Assembly (NCBI GenBank): GCA_937876205.1
Contig: CALEII010000052.1
Location: 381 to 64,380, forward strand
Direction: 5' to 3'
DNA from: an uncultured Clostridia bacterium
GTDB lineage: Bacteria; Bacillota; Clostridia; Oscillospirales; Acutalibacteraceae
DNA: 64,000 nucleotides
Shown: one piece after another, positions 19,110-28,634 of the stretch
How the letters are laid out: each line of letters starts with the position of its first letter
Position numbering within the stretch: position 1 is the stretch's first letter
Made by a program: the position numbers and the translations under genes
Notes under the pieces: generated by a model
Told to the model about the DNA's origin: nothing
The model's database searches: none
What the model saw: the letters and a program-made list of their open reading frames with translations, nothing else

Positions 19110-20423
19110 TTATTTTACAAATTCGTTATAAATAGCTTCAATTGTCTTGTGATAGTCTTTTTCTTCAACAGCAACAATGATGTTGATTTCACTTGAGCCC
19201 TGATCAATCATTCTTACATTGACCTTTGCGTTTGCAAGGGCTGTGAAAACTCTTGCTGCAGTACCTTCTGTGTTGACCATACCTCTGCCGACGATTGCGA
19301 TAAGGCAAAGACCTTCAACAAGTGTGATTGAATCGGGATTTACCTTCTTAACGATATCAGCAGTTATTGAACCCTTGTGTGAGCCGAGAGCATCAGCAGA
19401 AACAAGAACGCTCATTGTGTCAATACCTGAGGGGAGATGCTCGAATGAAACCTTGTGATTTTCAAGAACTTCAAGAACTTTTCTGCCGAAACCGAGCTCA
19501 GCATTCATCATATCTTTTTCAACGTGAATTGCTGTGATACCCTTTTTGCCTGCAATACCTGTGATGACTGTGGGAACATTGTTGCTTGAAGCCTTGTGAA
19601 CAATCATTGTTCCGGGTGCTTCGGGCTCGTTTGTGTTTCTGATATTGATGGGTATTCTGGCTTTTCTTACGGGGAAAATTGCTTCGTCGTGAAGAACTGT
19701 AGCACCCATATATGAAAGCTCACGAAGCTCTCTGTAAGTGATTTCGGGAATAGGCTGAGGATTGTCAATGCAACGGGGGTCAGCCATAAGCATACCTGAA
19801 ACATCAGTCCAGTTTTCATAGATATCTGCGCTTGCTGCACGGGCAACAATAGAGCCTGTAACGTCTGAGCCGCCTCTTGAGAATGTCTTTATCATACCGT
19901 TGGGAGATGCACCGTAGAAGCCGGGAATAACTGCATATTCGTGGTAGGAGAGAAGACGGCTGAGCTCTTTATCTGTCTTTTCAACATCAAGAAGACCGTT
20001 TTCATCAAAGAAAATACCTTCTTCTGCATCAATGAACTGGAAGCCGAGGAAATTTGCAAGAATTTTTGAGTTGAGGAACTCGCCACGGCTTGCAATGTAG
20101 TCCTGACTTGCGTGATGAAGAATAGCAACCTTGATACCCTGAAGGTCTTCTTCAAGAGAGAAGTCAATACCAAGGTCACGGATAATTCCGTTATATCTTT
20201 CTGTGATTTTATCAAATGTTTCGTCAATGCTCTTCTTGTCTCTTACAAGACGGAAGCACTGAAGAAGCATATCAGTAACCTTAACATCGTGTGTGTCTCT
20301 TTTTCCGGGTGCAGAAGCGATAACATATCTTCTGCTGGGGTCACTTTTGATAATGTCGGCAACCTTGCGGAACTGGTTTGCGTCAGCAAGTGAAGAACCG
20401 CCGAATTTTACTACTTTAAGCAT
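19110..20423 (-). CDS. lysC: aspartate kinase
   Basis: MLKVVKFGGSSLAD N-terminus, amino-acid-kinase fold motifs and C-terminal ACT repeats. Confidence 0.9.
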   Translation of the reverse strand: MLKVVKFGGSSLADANQFRKVADIIKSDPSRRYVIASAPGKRDTHDVKVTDMLLQCFRLVRDKKSIDETFDKITERYNGIIRDLGIDFSLEEDLQGIKVAILHHASQDYIASRGEFLNSKILANFLGFQFIDAEEGIFFDENGLLDVEKTDKELSRLLSYHEYAVIPGFYGASPNGMIKTFSRGGSDVTGSIVARAASADIYENWTDVSGMLMADPRCIDNPQPIPEITYRELRELSYMGATVLHDEAIFPVRKARIPINIRNTNEPEAPGTMIVHKASSNNVPTVITGIAGKKGITAIHVEKDMMNAELGFGRKVLEVLENHKVSFEHLPSGIDTMSVLVSADALGSHKGSITADIVKKVNPDSITLVEGLCLIAIVGRGMVNTEGTAARVFTALANAKVNVRMIDQGSSEINIIVAVEEKDYHKTIEAIYNEFVK

Positions 20424-20589
20424 ATTCGCACCTCAAATTATATTGATATCCGCATAATATTATATTAAAATCATTATACTTTTGCAATAGTAAAAATACA
20501 GAATATAAGGGGCTGAACATAAAGCATTTTGTGAAATTGGACATTAAAAGAATAAAGGGAACGGTTTTGAGCCGTTACCTGAAATAATG

Positions 20590-21135
20590 TTAACTTAATA
20601 ACTCTTTTTTCTTTGTATCAAATTCTTCTTGAGTAATAGCGCCTAGATCAAGAAGCTCTTTGAATTTTTTAAGTTCATCTGCATTACTATTTAATGCGGA
20701 TGATGATTTTCCTTGTCTGTTGACGATTATTTCGCTTAATATCTTATGTATTTCTTCTGCATTTTTTATATAGAGGAATTTAATTGCTCCTGATGATGTA
20801 GCAACAGAAATTCCATTCCATAATGTAAGAATACCTACAGCAGAAATAGAATCAATGGGTAAATCGACTCTGGAACCAAAACTTGCTTTTCCGTAAACTC
20901 TTTTATTTGTTACACAGATTGTGCAATTATTGCAATACACAAATAATGTAATTGCAGATACTAACAAAAGACCTCCAAGAATACATAAAGGAATAAGCAT
21001 ATAGTCCTCAGCCATTTCAACTGCTACAAAACCTGCGATGAATGATATTATTGAAAGAAATACAACAATGATAGGTATTATTTTGGCACCTTTTGCATTT
21101 CCCTTAATTAAGATTTTTTCTTCCACTAAAAACAC
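20590..21135 (-). CDS. membrane protein with PH-like (bPH/GRAM-type) domain and C-terminal SHOCT domain
   Basis: Two TM helices, then the VTNKRVYGK...IDSISAV pattern, then a SHOCT tail ELKKFKELLDLGAITQEEFDTKKKELL. The start codon is uncertain (GTG at 21135 or an in-frame GTG 9 nt downstream). Confidence 0.6.
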   Translation of the reverse strand: MFLVEEKILIKGNAKGAKIIPIIVVFLSIISFIAGFVAVEMAEDYMLIPLCILGGLLLVSAITLFVYCNNCTICVTNKRVYGKASFGSRVDLPIDSISAVGILTLWNGISVATSSGAIKFLYIKNAEEIHKILSEIIVNRQGKSSSALNSNADELKKFKELLDLGAITQEEFDTKKKELLS

Positions 21136-21158
21136 GCCCTTTCATATTGAAGATATGT

Positions 21159-21776
21159 TTAATTAAAGATATTAGCTGATGCACTTACTTTATAATTATC
21201 AGTGTCTTCATCATATATGACGGATGCATTTAATTCAAAATCGTGAACTTCAATGTTTCCGTATTTAGTTGATATGCTTACTTTTCCATACTTTGTGTAT
21301 GTATAATTATCAGTTTTTTCTTCAGAACTAAATTTAAAGTCTTCAGCTTGTAACCAATCTGCACCATATGCTGTTCCGTATTTTTTTGCAGTTATATCCA
21401 AATTAAGTTTTGAAATAGTCGTCAATCCGTATGAATCAGTATCAAAGTAAGATTTTATTTTTGCAATCATTTCATCGTTAAGAGTATAACCACCTGATTC
21501 TAAACTTATGTATTTTGCAAGTTCATCACTGTTTTCAACTTTTTCTTTTTCATCATATTCTAATGCATTATAAAGTGCATACGCATCGTTGATTTCTTTA
21601 TATGATGAAGAAGCAGACAGCGTTGAAATTTGAGCTTCTGCTTTTTTTACTGATTCGCTTTTTCCACAAGAGCAGAAAGACAGAATAGTTGTGAAAATAG
21701 CAATTAAGGCAAAAACTTTTTTTACAACATTTTTTCTGATACGGGCATTGAGATAATTTGATTGTTTGGTTTTCAT
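21159..21776 (-). CDS. hypothetical lipoprotein
   Basis: The start was moved to ATG 21776 (SD ggaggt). Signal peptide ends in ILSFCSCG (lipobox-like). No other motif recognised. Confidence 0.55.
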   Translation of the reverse strand: MKTKQSNYLNARIRKNVVKKVFALIAIFTTILSFCSCGKSESVKKAEAQISTLSASSSYKEINDAYALYNALEYDEKEKVENSDELAKYISLESGGYTLNDEMIAKIKSYFDTDSYGLTTISKLNLDITAKKYGTAYGADWLQAEDFKFSSEEKTDNYTYTKYGKVSISTKYGNIEVHDFELNASVIYDEDTDNYKVSASANIFN

Positions 21777-21874
21777 TGTTATACCTCCAAATATAAAATG
21801 TTTAAAATGAAATATCCCATATCGGGATATTTTTATTATACCAATATGGGATAATAAAGTCAAGAGGTGATTTT

Positions 21875-22081
21875 GTGAGATTGAAAGAAATCAGAAAAGC
21901 CAAGGGAATATCACAATTAAAGCTTGCTCTTGAAATGAATACTAACCAGAATACAATCAGCAGATATGAAACAGGCGAGAGAGAACCAGGTCTCGCAGAA
22001 TTGATTAAAATAGCAGATTACTTTGATGTTTCGGTTGATTATCTTCTAGAAAGAACCGATAATCCAAAAATGCAGAAATAG
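21875..22081 (+). CDS. small XRE-family HTH regulator
   Basis: 68 aa, GTG start with SD agaggtga. HTH ISQLKLALEMNTNQNTISRYETG. Divergent from the lipoprotein gene. Confidence 0.8.
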   Translation: MRLKEIRKAKGISQLKLALEMNTNQNTISRYETGEREPGLAELIKIADYFDVSVDYLLERTDNPKMQK

Positions 22082-22106
22082 AAAATAAGATACAACGAAT
22101 AAGAAA

Positions 22107-22140
22107 AGGGACTGTAAAAAAAGATTTTTTTACAGTCCCT
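22107..22140. terminator. bidirectional rho-independent terminator
   Basis: Long perfect stem AGGGACTGTAAAAA / TTTTTACAGTCCCT. Confidence 0.8.
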
Positions 22141-22155
22141 TATACTGTTTATTTG

Positions 22156-23040
22156 TTACTTAAGAAATCTGTCAATGTAGCCGAAAAGAAGCTCATCTGC
22201 TTTTTTCTTTGCTTCATCATCCTTACCAAGGTCGTGGTCTGCGCCGTCGTAAACATTAAGCACATGCTCAACGCCGTACTGTGTAAGAAGTGCATCAAGT
22301 GTGACAGCATTTGAGAAAGGTACAATTGTATCTGCATTGCCGTGATTGATTACAGTGGGTACACAGTCTGCGCTTACATAAGCAATGGGAGAAACGCTGT
22401 AAAGTGCTGTCATTGCGCTTTCCTTGGTGTCATAGGTGAAACGCTGACCGCAAGCCTTTGAAAGAAGATCGCAGATTACGGTTTCATCACCAAGGGCGTT
22501 GTTGTGATAAAAGTTGTCGTCATAGAGGTCTGTGGGACCTGAGTTGCTTATAACTGCAACAGGTGTAACGGGAGCTGTGCTCTTTCTTGCGTATGCATAA
22601 AGCAGTGAAAGATGTCCGCCTGCACTGTCACCTGTAAGAAGAACCTTGTTGATGTTTACACCAACCTCATTACCCTTAGTCTTTATAACTGCAAGAGCAT
22701 CATCAATATCATCAAGCACATCAAGAAGGTCAACATCATCTGAAATATAACGGTAATTCACAGATGCTGTTGCAATACCGAGCTCTGTTGCGCCGTATTC
22801 CATACCGCTGACATAGCTTTCCTTATCACCGGCAATCCAGGCACCACCGTGAATGAAGAGAACAAGACCTAAATCACCCGACGCATCTTCGGGAATGAAG
22901 AGGTCAACAACCTGTCTCTCGTGTGTGCCGTAGGACATATCAAAATACTTCTGACAGTCAGGCTCTGTTCCGCCTAAGCCGAAAAGTCCGAGAAAGAAAT
23001 TGATGATTGACATAAAGAATGCAATAATTTTTTCAAACAT
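22156..23040 (-). CDS. alpha/beta-hydrolase fold-3 esterase/lipase, membrane anchored
   Basis: HGGAW (HGGG-type oxyanion) and GDSAGG nucleophile motifs. N-terminal hydrophobic anchor. Confidence 0.8.
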   Translation of the reverse strand: MFEKIIAFFMSIINFFLGLFGLGGTEPDCQKYFDMSYGTHERQVVDLFIPEDASGDLGLVLFIHGGAWIAGDKESYVSGMEYGATELGIATASVNYRYISDDVDLLDVLDDIDDALAVIKTKGNEVGVNINKVLLTGDSAGGHLSLLYAYARKSTAPVTPVAVISNSGPTDLYDDNFYHNNALGDETVICDLLSKACGQRFTYDTKESAMTALYSVSPIAYVSADCVPTVINHGNADTIVPFSNAVTLDALLTQYGVEHVLNVYDGADHDLGKDDEAKKKADELLFGYIDRFLK

Positions 23041-23310
23041 ATTTTTTCCTCCTTAAAGTAAATGGTATTTAATGGCACTTGCCACTGATTTAATGTTAAC
23101 ACAGAATTATAATAATTTCAAGAAGAAAGTAGGTTGTTATACTATAAAAAAGTCGGCAAAATAAATGCAAGATTTTCATTTTATCAAGCCGACAGAAATA
23201 CACAAGTTAATATGAAGTAAAGCGTGCCTTTAGCAAAATATGCACCGAAGGTGCGCTTCATAGGGCAAAGCCCTGCTTTATTTTTTATGTGCGAAGCACG
23301 TTTCATTTAC

Positions 23311-23341
23311 AAAAAGAATAAGCACTTCCGAAGAAGTGCTT
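23311..23341 (-). terminator. rho-independent terminator downstream of tRNA-Thr
   Basis: Stem AAGCACTTC / GAAGTGCTT with a tetraloop, followed by a T-run on the minus strand. Confidence 0.75.
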
Positions 23342-23347
23342 TTCTTT

Positions 23348-23423
23348 TGGAGCTGCTAACCGGATTTGAACCGGTGACCTCATCCTTACCAAGGATGCAC
23401 TCTACCGACTGAGCTATAGCAGC
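23348..23423 (-). tRNA. tRNA-Thr (anticodon GGT), CCA encoded
   Basis: The reverse complement folds as a cloverleaf: acceptor GCTGCTA/TAGCAGC, anticodon stem CATCC/GGATG with loop TTGGTAA, T-arm ACCGG TTCAAAT CCGGT. Confidence 0.92.
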
Positions 23424-23447
23424 AGATATTCTGTTTGCAACGCTAAT

Positions 23448-23476
23448 ATTATACACACAGGTGATAATTTTGTCAA
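23448..23476 (-). promoter_or_regulatory. consensus sigma-A promoter for tRNA-Thr
   Basis: On the minus strand: TTGACA, 17-nt spacer, TATAAT, about 25 nt upstream of the mature tRNA 5' end. Confidence 0.7.
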
Positions 23477-23567
23477 GTGAATTTTTTTATTTGCTTGAAA
23501 AGCTTATTATACTATGTATTTTGTGTTAATTAAAAAAATGTCTGTACATAATATTACGGGTGATTAA

Positions 23568-24938
23568 ATGGAACGTGAAAAATTCGGTTCTAGAATAGGT
23601 TTTATTCTTATTTCTGCAGGCTGTGCAATCGGACTTGGCAATGTCTGGCGTTTTCCGTCAATGGTCGGGCAGTACGGCGGTGCGGCTTTTATTCTTATTT
23701 ATTTAATATTTCTTGTCATTTTCGGTCTTCCCATAATGACAATGGAATTTGCCGTCGGCAGAGCAAGTCAGAAGACAATTGCATCTGCTTTCAGAGCTCT
23801 TGAAAAGCCACACACAAAATGGCATTTGTTCAGCGGAATCGGCGTAGCAGGTAATTATCTTCTGATGATGTTTTACACTACCGTCACGGGCTGGATGGTT
23901 GCTTATTTTGTGAAGATGATAAAAGGTGATTTTGTCGGTCAGACGGCTGCGCAGGTTTCAGACCAATTCGGGCGACTGACTGACGAGCCGATTCTCCTTG
24001 TGGGATATATGTGTCTTTCTGTTGTTCTCGGCTTTCTTATCTGTTCACTGGGGCTTGAAAAGGGTGTTGAAAAAATCACAAAAGTGATGATGGTTGCTCT
24101 TCTTGCAATTATTTCAATTCTTGCTGTCAGGGTTGTTATTCTTCCCGGTGCCTCAGAGGGGCTCAGATATTATCTTGTTCCCGATTTTTCAAGAATGGCA
24201 GAGCAGGGAATAGGTAATGTTGTTTTTGCCGCAATGGGGCAGGCATTTTTTACTCTTTCGATAGGTATGGGATCAATGACCGTTTTCGGCAGTTATATCA
24301 GCCGTGATAGACGGCTTTTCGGTGAATCTGTCATTATCTCCGTGCTTGATACATTTGTGGCTTTTGTTGCGGGGCTTGTTGTTATTCCGTCCTGCTTTGC
24401 TTTTGAAGTTGACCCGGGAGCCGGTCCCGGACTTGTGTTTCAGACGCTCCCCAATATCTTCAATCAGATGGCAGGCGGCAGAATCTGGGGTGCACTTTTC
24501 TTTTTGTTTATGACTTTTGCCGCAATGTCAACGGTTATAGGTGTTTTTGAAAATATCGTTGCCTTCGGTATGGAAAAGGGATGGAGCAGAAAGAAGTCAA
24601 GCATTATAAATCTTTTTCTCATTCTTATTCTTTCACTGCCGTGTGCACTCGGTTTTAATGTGCTTTCAGATTTTCAGCCCTTCGGTGCAGGCAGTAATAT
24701 AATGGACCTTGAAGATTTTATTATTTCAAACAATATTCTTCCTTTTGGCTCTCTTGTGTTTGTTCTTTTCTGCACCGAAAAAAAGTACGGCTGGGGCTGG
24801 AAAAGCTTTTTTGCAGAAGCTAATGCAGGTGAGGGGCTCAGATTGTCTGAAAAAATGCGTATATATTGCTCTTATATCCTTCCTGTTGTCCTCGTGATTT
24901 TCTGGATTCAGGGATACATTTCAAAATTCTTTGCATAA
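23568..24938 (+). CDS. sodium-dependent transporter, SNF (neurotransmitter:sodium symporter) family
   Basis: GLGNVWRFP motif near the N-terminus. About 11-12 TM segments. Confidence 0.88.
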   Translation: MEREKFGSRIGFILISAGCAIGLGNVWRFPSMVGQYGGAAFILIYLIFLVIFGLPIMTMEFAVGRASQKTIASAFRALEKPHTKWHLFSGIGVAGNYLLMMFYTTVTGWMVAYFVKMIKGDFVGQTAAQVSDQFGRLTDEPILLVGYMCLSVVLGFLICSLGLEKGVEKITKVMMVALLAIISILAVRVVILPGASEGLRYYLVPDFSRMAEQGIGNVVFAAMGQAFFTLSIGMGSMTVFGSYISRDRRLFGESVIISVLDTFVAFVAGLVVIPSCFAFEVDPGAGPGLVFQTLPNIFNQMAGGRIWGALFFLFMTFAAMSTVIGVFENIVAFGMEKGWSRKKSSIINLFLILILSLPCALGFNVLSDFQPFGAGSNIMDLEDFIISNNILPFGSLVFVLFCTEKKYGWGWKSFFAEANAGEGLRLSEKMRIYCSYILPVVLVIFWIQGYISKFFA

Positions 24939-24960
24939 TATTTTTCGGATATTGTATCAT

Positions 24961-25010
24961 TGCAGTATCTGTTTTATTTTAATTTTGCAGTATCTGTTTT
25001 ATTTTAATTT
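24961..25010. repeat. perfect 25-bp tandem duplication (2 copies)
   Basis: TGCAGTATCTGTTTTATTTTAATTT occurs at 24961-24985 and again at 24986-25010. Confidence 0.95.
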
Positions 25011-25075
25011 TCTATTGCAAAAGACAAATAAAAGTGCTAAACTCTAGGTACTATAATTCATTTTCGGAGATTGTT

Positions 25076-26434
25076 ATGAAAATTGTTGTTGCAGGTTGCG
25101 GAAAAATAGGTCAGACTGTCATCGGCAGTCTTGTTGCTGAGGGGCATGACCTTGTTGCAATTGATTCTGATAATGGAATTCTCAATGAACTGACCAATAT
25201 TTATGATATTATGGTCATCTGCGGAAATTGTGCAGACAGTGACGTGCTTGAAGAGTGTTCGGTTAAGGATGCTGAGCTTTTTGTCGCTCTGACAGGCTCA
25301 GATGAACTTAATATGCTCAGCTGCTTCATTGCAAAGAGAATGGGCGCATCAAATACAATTGCCCGTATCAGAAATCCTGAGTATAATGATGACAGTCTTG
25401 TTTTCCTGCGTAAGGAACTTGGTTTATCAATGTCAATAAATCCTGACAGACTGACTGCTGCGGAGCTTTTTAATATTCTGAAATTACCATCTGCTGTTAA
25501 AACAGAGCATTTTTCACGTCGTAATTTTGAATTGATAGAGATTATAATAAAGAGCGGCTCTGAACTTGACGGTGTTAAACTCAGTGACCTGAAGGGCAGA
25601 TTCGGCTCAAAAGTTCTGATTTGTGCTGTTGAAAGAGGCGATGAGGTTTATATTCCTGACGGTAGCTTTGTGCTGCAGGCAGGCGATAAAATCGGCGTTT
25701 CTGCTGACCATTCAGATATAAGCAAGCTGCTGAAATCTCTTTCCATTCATAAAAAGAAATCAAAGAATGTTATGATTCTCGGCGGAAGCAAATCTGCATT
25801 TTATCTTGCTAATATGCTCATCAATTCAGGCGCATCAGTTAAAATTATTGAGCAGAACGCAGAACGCTGCAGCGAGCTGTGTGAGGAATTGCCTCACGCA
25901 ATGATAATTCACGGTGACGGTGCACAGCAGGAGCTTCTTCTTGAGGAAGGACTTCGTTCTATGGATGCTTTTGTATCTCTCACAGGTATGGATGAACAGA
26001 ATATTCTTATTTCAATCTATGCTGCTGCCAATAATGTGCCTACGGTCATTTCGAAGGTAAACAGGGGAGAGCTTGCAACAATGGGTGCAAGACTCGGTCT
26101 TGACTGTATAGTATCACCTAAAAATGTTACTGCTGATATTTTTGTCCGTTATGCCCGTGCACTTGAAAATTCAATGGGCAGTAATGTTGAAACTCTTTAT
26201 AAGATTATGGACGGAAAGGCTGAGGCTCTTGAATTCAGAGTTCAGCCTGATTCGGGAATCACCGGAATTCAGCTCAAGGACCTTACAATCAAGAAGAATA
26301 TTCTTATTGCAGGTATTATAAGAGGAAAAAAGATTATTATCCCCGGCGGTGATGATATGATTCTCGGCGATGATAAGGTTATTGTTGTCTCCCGTGACCA
26401 CAAGCTTAATGATATTGAGGATATATTATTATGA
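25076..26434 (+). CDS. trkA: Trk potassium uptake system NAD-binding subunit TrkA
   Basis: The start was moved to ATG 25076 (SD ggaga; MKIVVAGCGKIGQ). Two tandem RCK N/C modules (second one VMILGGSKSAF). Confidence 0.9.
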   Translation: MKIVVAGCGKIGQTVIGSLVAEGHDLVAIDSDNGILNELTNIYDIMVICGNCADSDVLEECSVKDAELFVALTGSDELNMLSCFIAKRMGASNTIARIRNPEYNDDSLVFLRKELGLSMSINPDRLTAAELFNILKLPSAVKTEHFSRRNFELIEIIIKSGSELDGVKLSDLKGRFGSKVLICAVERGDEVYIPDGSFVLQAGDKIGVSADHSDISKLLKSLSIHKKKSKNVMILGGSKSAFYLANMLINSGASVKIIEQNAERCSELCEELPHAMIIHGDGAQQELLLEEGLRSMDAFVSLTGMDEQNILISIYAAANNVPTVISKVNRGELATMGARLGLDCIVSPKNVTADIFVRYARALENSMGSNVETLYKIMDGKAEALEFRVQPDSGITGIQLKDLTIKKNILIAGIIRGKKIIIPGGDDMILGDDKVIVVSRDHKLNDIEDILL

Positions 26435-27873
26435 ATCGAAGATTTGTCTTTCGGCTTTTAGGTAAGCTGCTTATGGTGACATCGGCGCTTATGGTGTTGC
26501 CGCTTATAGTGTCAATTATCTATAAAGAGGATTGTTACACTGCTTTTCTTATAAGTATGGCAATAAGTCTTGCAATCGGTTTCCCTCTTACTGTTTTCTG
26601 CAAAACAGAGGACAAGGTTATCTATGCAAAAGAAGGCTTTGTTATTGTTGCTCTTTCGTGGATATGTATGTCTGCAGTTGGGGCTCTACCGTTTGTTTTA
26701 AGCAGTGAAATCCCGTCTTATGTTGATGCTTTCTTTGAAACTGTCAGTGGTTTTACCACAACAGGTGCCTCAATTCTTACAAATGTCGAATCGCTCAGCC
26801 ACGGTATGCTTTTCTGGCGAAGCTTTACTCATTGGGTCGGCGGTATGGGCGTTCTTGTTTTTATAATGGCTATAATCCCCGCTTCAACAGACCGTTCAAT
26901 TCATATCCTGAGGGCAGAAGTGCCCGGTCCCATTGTCGGCAAGCTTGTGCCGAAAATGCGTGAAACTGCAAAAATTCTGTATCTGATTTATATTGTTCTT
27001 ACTTTTGTTGAAATTGTTCTGCTTTTTCTTGGCGGTATGCCATTGTTTGACAGCCTTATTCACGCCTTCGGTACTGCAGGTACCGGTGGTTTCGGCATTA
27101 AAGCCGACAGTATATCTTCATACAGTCCGTTTCTGCAGTGGGTTATAACTGTATTTATGATGATATTCGGCGTTAATTTTAACCTTTATTATTTATTACT
27201 TAACAGAAAACCGAAAAGTGTATTTAAAAGCGAAGAGCTTTGGACCTATGTCGTTATCGGCGTTGCTTCAACAGCAATAATTGCAATGAACATAAGAAGT
27301 ATGTATCCCACGCTTTCTGACACAATAAGAGCTGCATCATTTCAGGTTTCGTCAGTTGTTACAACAACCGGATATGCAACAGCAGACTTTAATCTGTGGC
27401 CTGAACTTTCAAAAACCATACTTCTTGTGCTTATGTTTATAGGCTCGTGTGCAGGTTCAACTGCAGGCGGTTTTAAGATTTCACGTGTAATTCTGCTTCT
27501 TAAAATGATAAAAAGAGAGATTAAAAATCTTATTCATCCCAGAGCTGTAGGTGTTGTTCGTTTTGAAGGCAAAAAAGTAGATGAAACGGTTCTTAAGAGT
27601 CTCTCAGCATATATCGCAATATATGTTGTTTGTTTTATGTCTGTTTTTATTCTGCTTTCATTTGACGGCTTCGATATTGTCACCAATTTCAGTGCGGCGG
27701 CAGCTTGCTTCAATAATATCGGTCCGGGATTAGGTGCAGTCGGCCCTGCGGCAAATTATGCAGACTATTCAGTATTTTCAAAGCTTGTGCTGTCTGTTGC
27801 AATGCTTCTGGGCAGACTTGAGATTTATCCCATTCTGTTTGTGCTGTCCCGCTCAGCCTGGTCAAAAAAATAA
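26431..27873 (+). CDS. trkH: Trk potassium uptake system membrane subunit TrkH
   Basis: ATGA overlap with trkA. Polytopic, with TrkH-type selectivity-filter-like TTTG/GTGG segments. Confidence 0.9.
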   Translation: MNRRFVFRLLGKLLMVTSALMVLPLIVSIIYKEDCYTAFLISMAISLAIGFPLTVFCKTEDKVIYAKEGFVIVALSWICMSAVGALPFVLSSEIPSYVDAFFETVSGFTTTGASILTNVESLSHGMLFWRSFTHWVGGMGVLVFIMAIIPASTDRSIHILRAEVPGPIVGKLVPKMRETAKILYLIYIVLTFVEIVLLFLGGMPLFDSLIHAFGTAGTGGFGIKADSISSYSPFLQWVITVFMMIFGVNFNLYYLLLNRKPKSVFKSEELWTYVVIGVASTAIIAMNIRSMYPTLSDTIRAASFQVSSVVTTTGYATADFNLWPELSKTILLVLMFIGSCAGSTAGGFKISRVILLLKMIKREIKNLIHPRAVGVVRFEGKKVDETVLKSLSAYIAIYVVCFMSVFILLSFDGFDIVTNFSAAAACFNNIGPGLGAVGPAANYADYSVFSKLVLSVAMLLGRLEIYPILFVLSRSAWSKK

Positions 27874-27920
27874 TGCCGACAGAATCGGCATCTGATATTG
27901 CTCATAACGATAAAAATATA

Positions 27921-27962
27921 ATCTCTCAGAAGGTTTACTATGTGCCCTCTGAGAGATTTTTT
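27921..27962 (+). terminator. rho-independent terminator after trkH
   Basis: 13-bp stem ATCTCTCAGAAGG / CCCTCTGAGAGAT (1 mismatch) followed by TTTTTT. Confidence 0.75.
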
Positions 27963-28634
27963 CTATAATTCATATATACCTGAGTCAAGAACAACGATTT
28001 CTTTATCCTTGAATCTGAAGTATTTGTTTACCGGCTCATTGAACTCTATATAATCTGACACGTCAAGAGTATCAATGTTTATGCGTCTGATTTCATAGGA
28101 AGCCTTGTTGCAGACATACAGCTCATTATCGTAGCAGGAGACTGAAATAGGCATATTGAACGCCGTATTATCATCACCGCCTATACGCATAACGATTTTC
28201 TGTGCTGTGATTGAATATCTGATAACTGCATTTCTCTGAGGAATTACACACCAGATGCTGTTGCCGTCAAAGGCTGCATCTCTTGCCGGTGCGTTGTTGT
28301 AGAAAAGGTCACCTGTTTTCAGTACCTTGCCTTTTTCATCAAAATGACCTACTTCACCTGTGGGGTAGATGATCACTGTATGATGATTGGGCAGCTTCAC
28401 TGTTTCACATGATATAAAATCACCGAGCCGTGAAGAAATTTTTTCATATGCCATACCGAATTTATTCAGCAGATATACACTTTTTGTAACTGTTGTTATT
28501 TCACCGGAAAAGGCATCGTAGCTGAAAAATGAAACTTTATTTACACCGTCATCTTTTTTTTCACTTTTTACAAATATGAGACCTGCTGAAAAGGGGACAA
28601 TATCAATAACATTTACGTTAAGTATCCTTTTCAT
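27963..28634 (-). CDS. hypothetical protein, translationally coupled to rex
   Basis: The start was moved to ATG 28634, which overlaps the rex stop (ATGA) and is preceded by SD ggagga. No recognisable motif. Repetitive beta-strand-like sequence. Confidence 0.6.
   Translation of the reverse strand: MKRILNVNVIDIVPFSAGLIFVKSEKKDDGVNKVSFFSYDAFSGEITTVTKSVYLLNKFGMAYEKISSRLGDFISCETVKLPNHHTVIIYPTGEVGHFDEKGKVLKTGDLFYNNAPARDAAFDGNSIWCVIPQRNAVIRYSITAQKIVMRIGGDDNTAFNMPISVSCYDNELYVCNKASYEIRRINIDTLDVSDYIEFNEPVNKYFRFKDKEIVVLDSGIYEL

Noticed and set aside
20424-20589. A lysine (L-box) riboswitch expected upstream of lysC.
   Set aside because: The leader is only about 165 nt and very AT-rich. It contains a promoter (TTGCAA-17-TATAAT on the minus strand) but none of the conserved L-box helices or the AGAGGxGC-type core.
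23224-23412. A 62-aa plus-strand ORF.
   Set aside because: It runs antisense through tRNA-Thr and its terminator and has no SD. The tRNA explains the sequence conservation.
24961-25010. The tandem repeat, considered as a CRISPR array.
   Set aside because: There are only two directly abutting copies with no spacers, and no cas genes in the window.
24939-25075. A c-di-AMP (ydaO-type) riboswitch upstream of trkA. The same was considered upstream of the 3D-domain gene at 42898-43348.
   Set aside because: Neither region contains the conserved GC-rich pseudo-twofold core. Both are AT-rich, and promoters and terminators explain them better.
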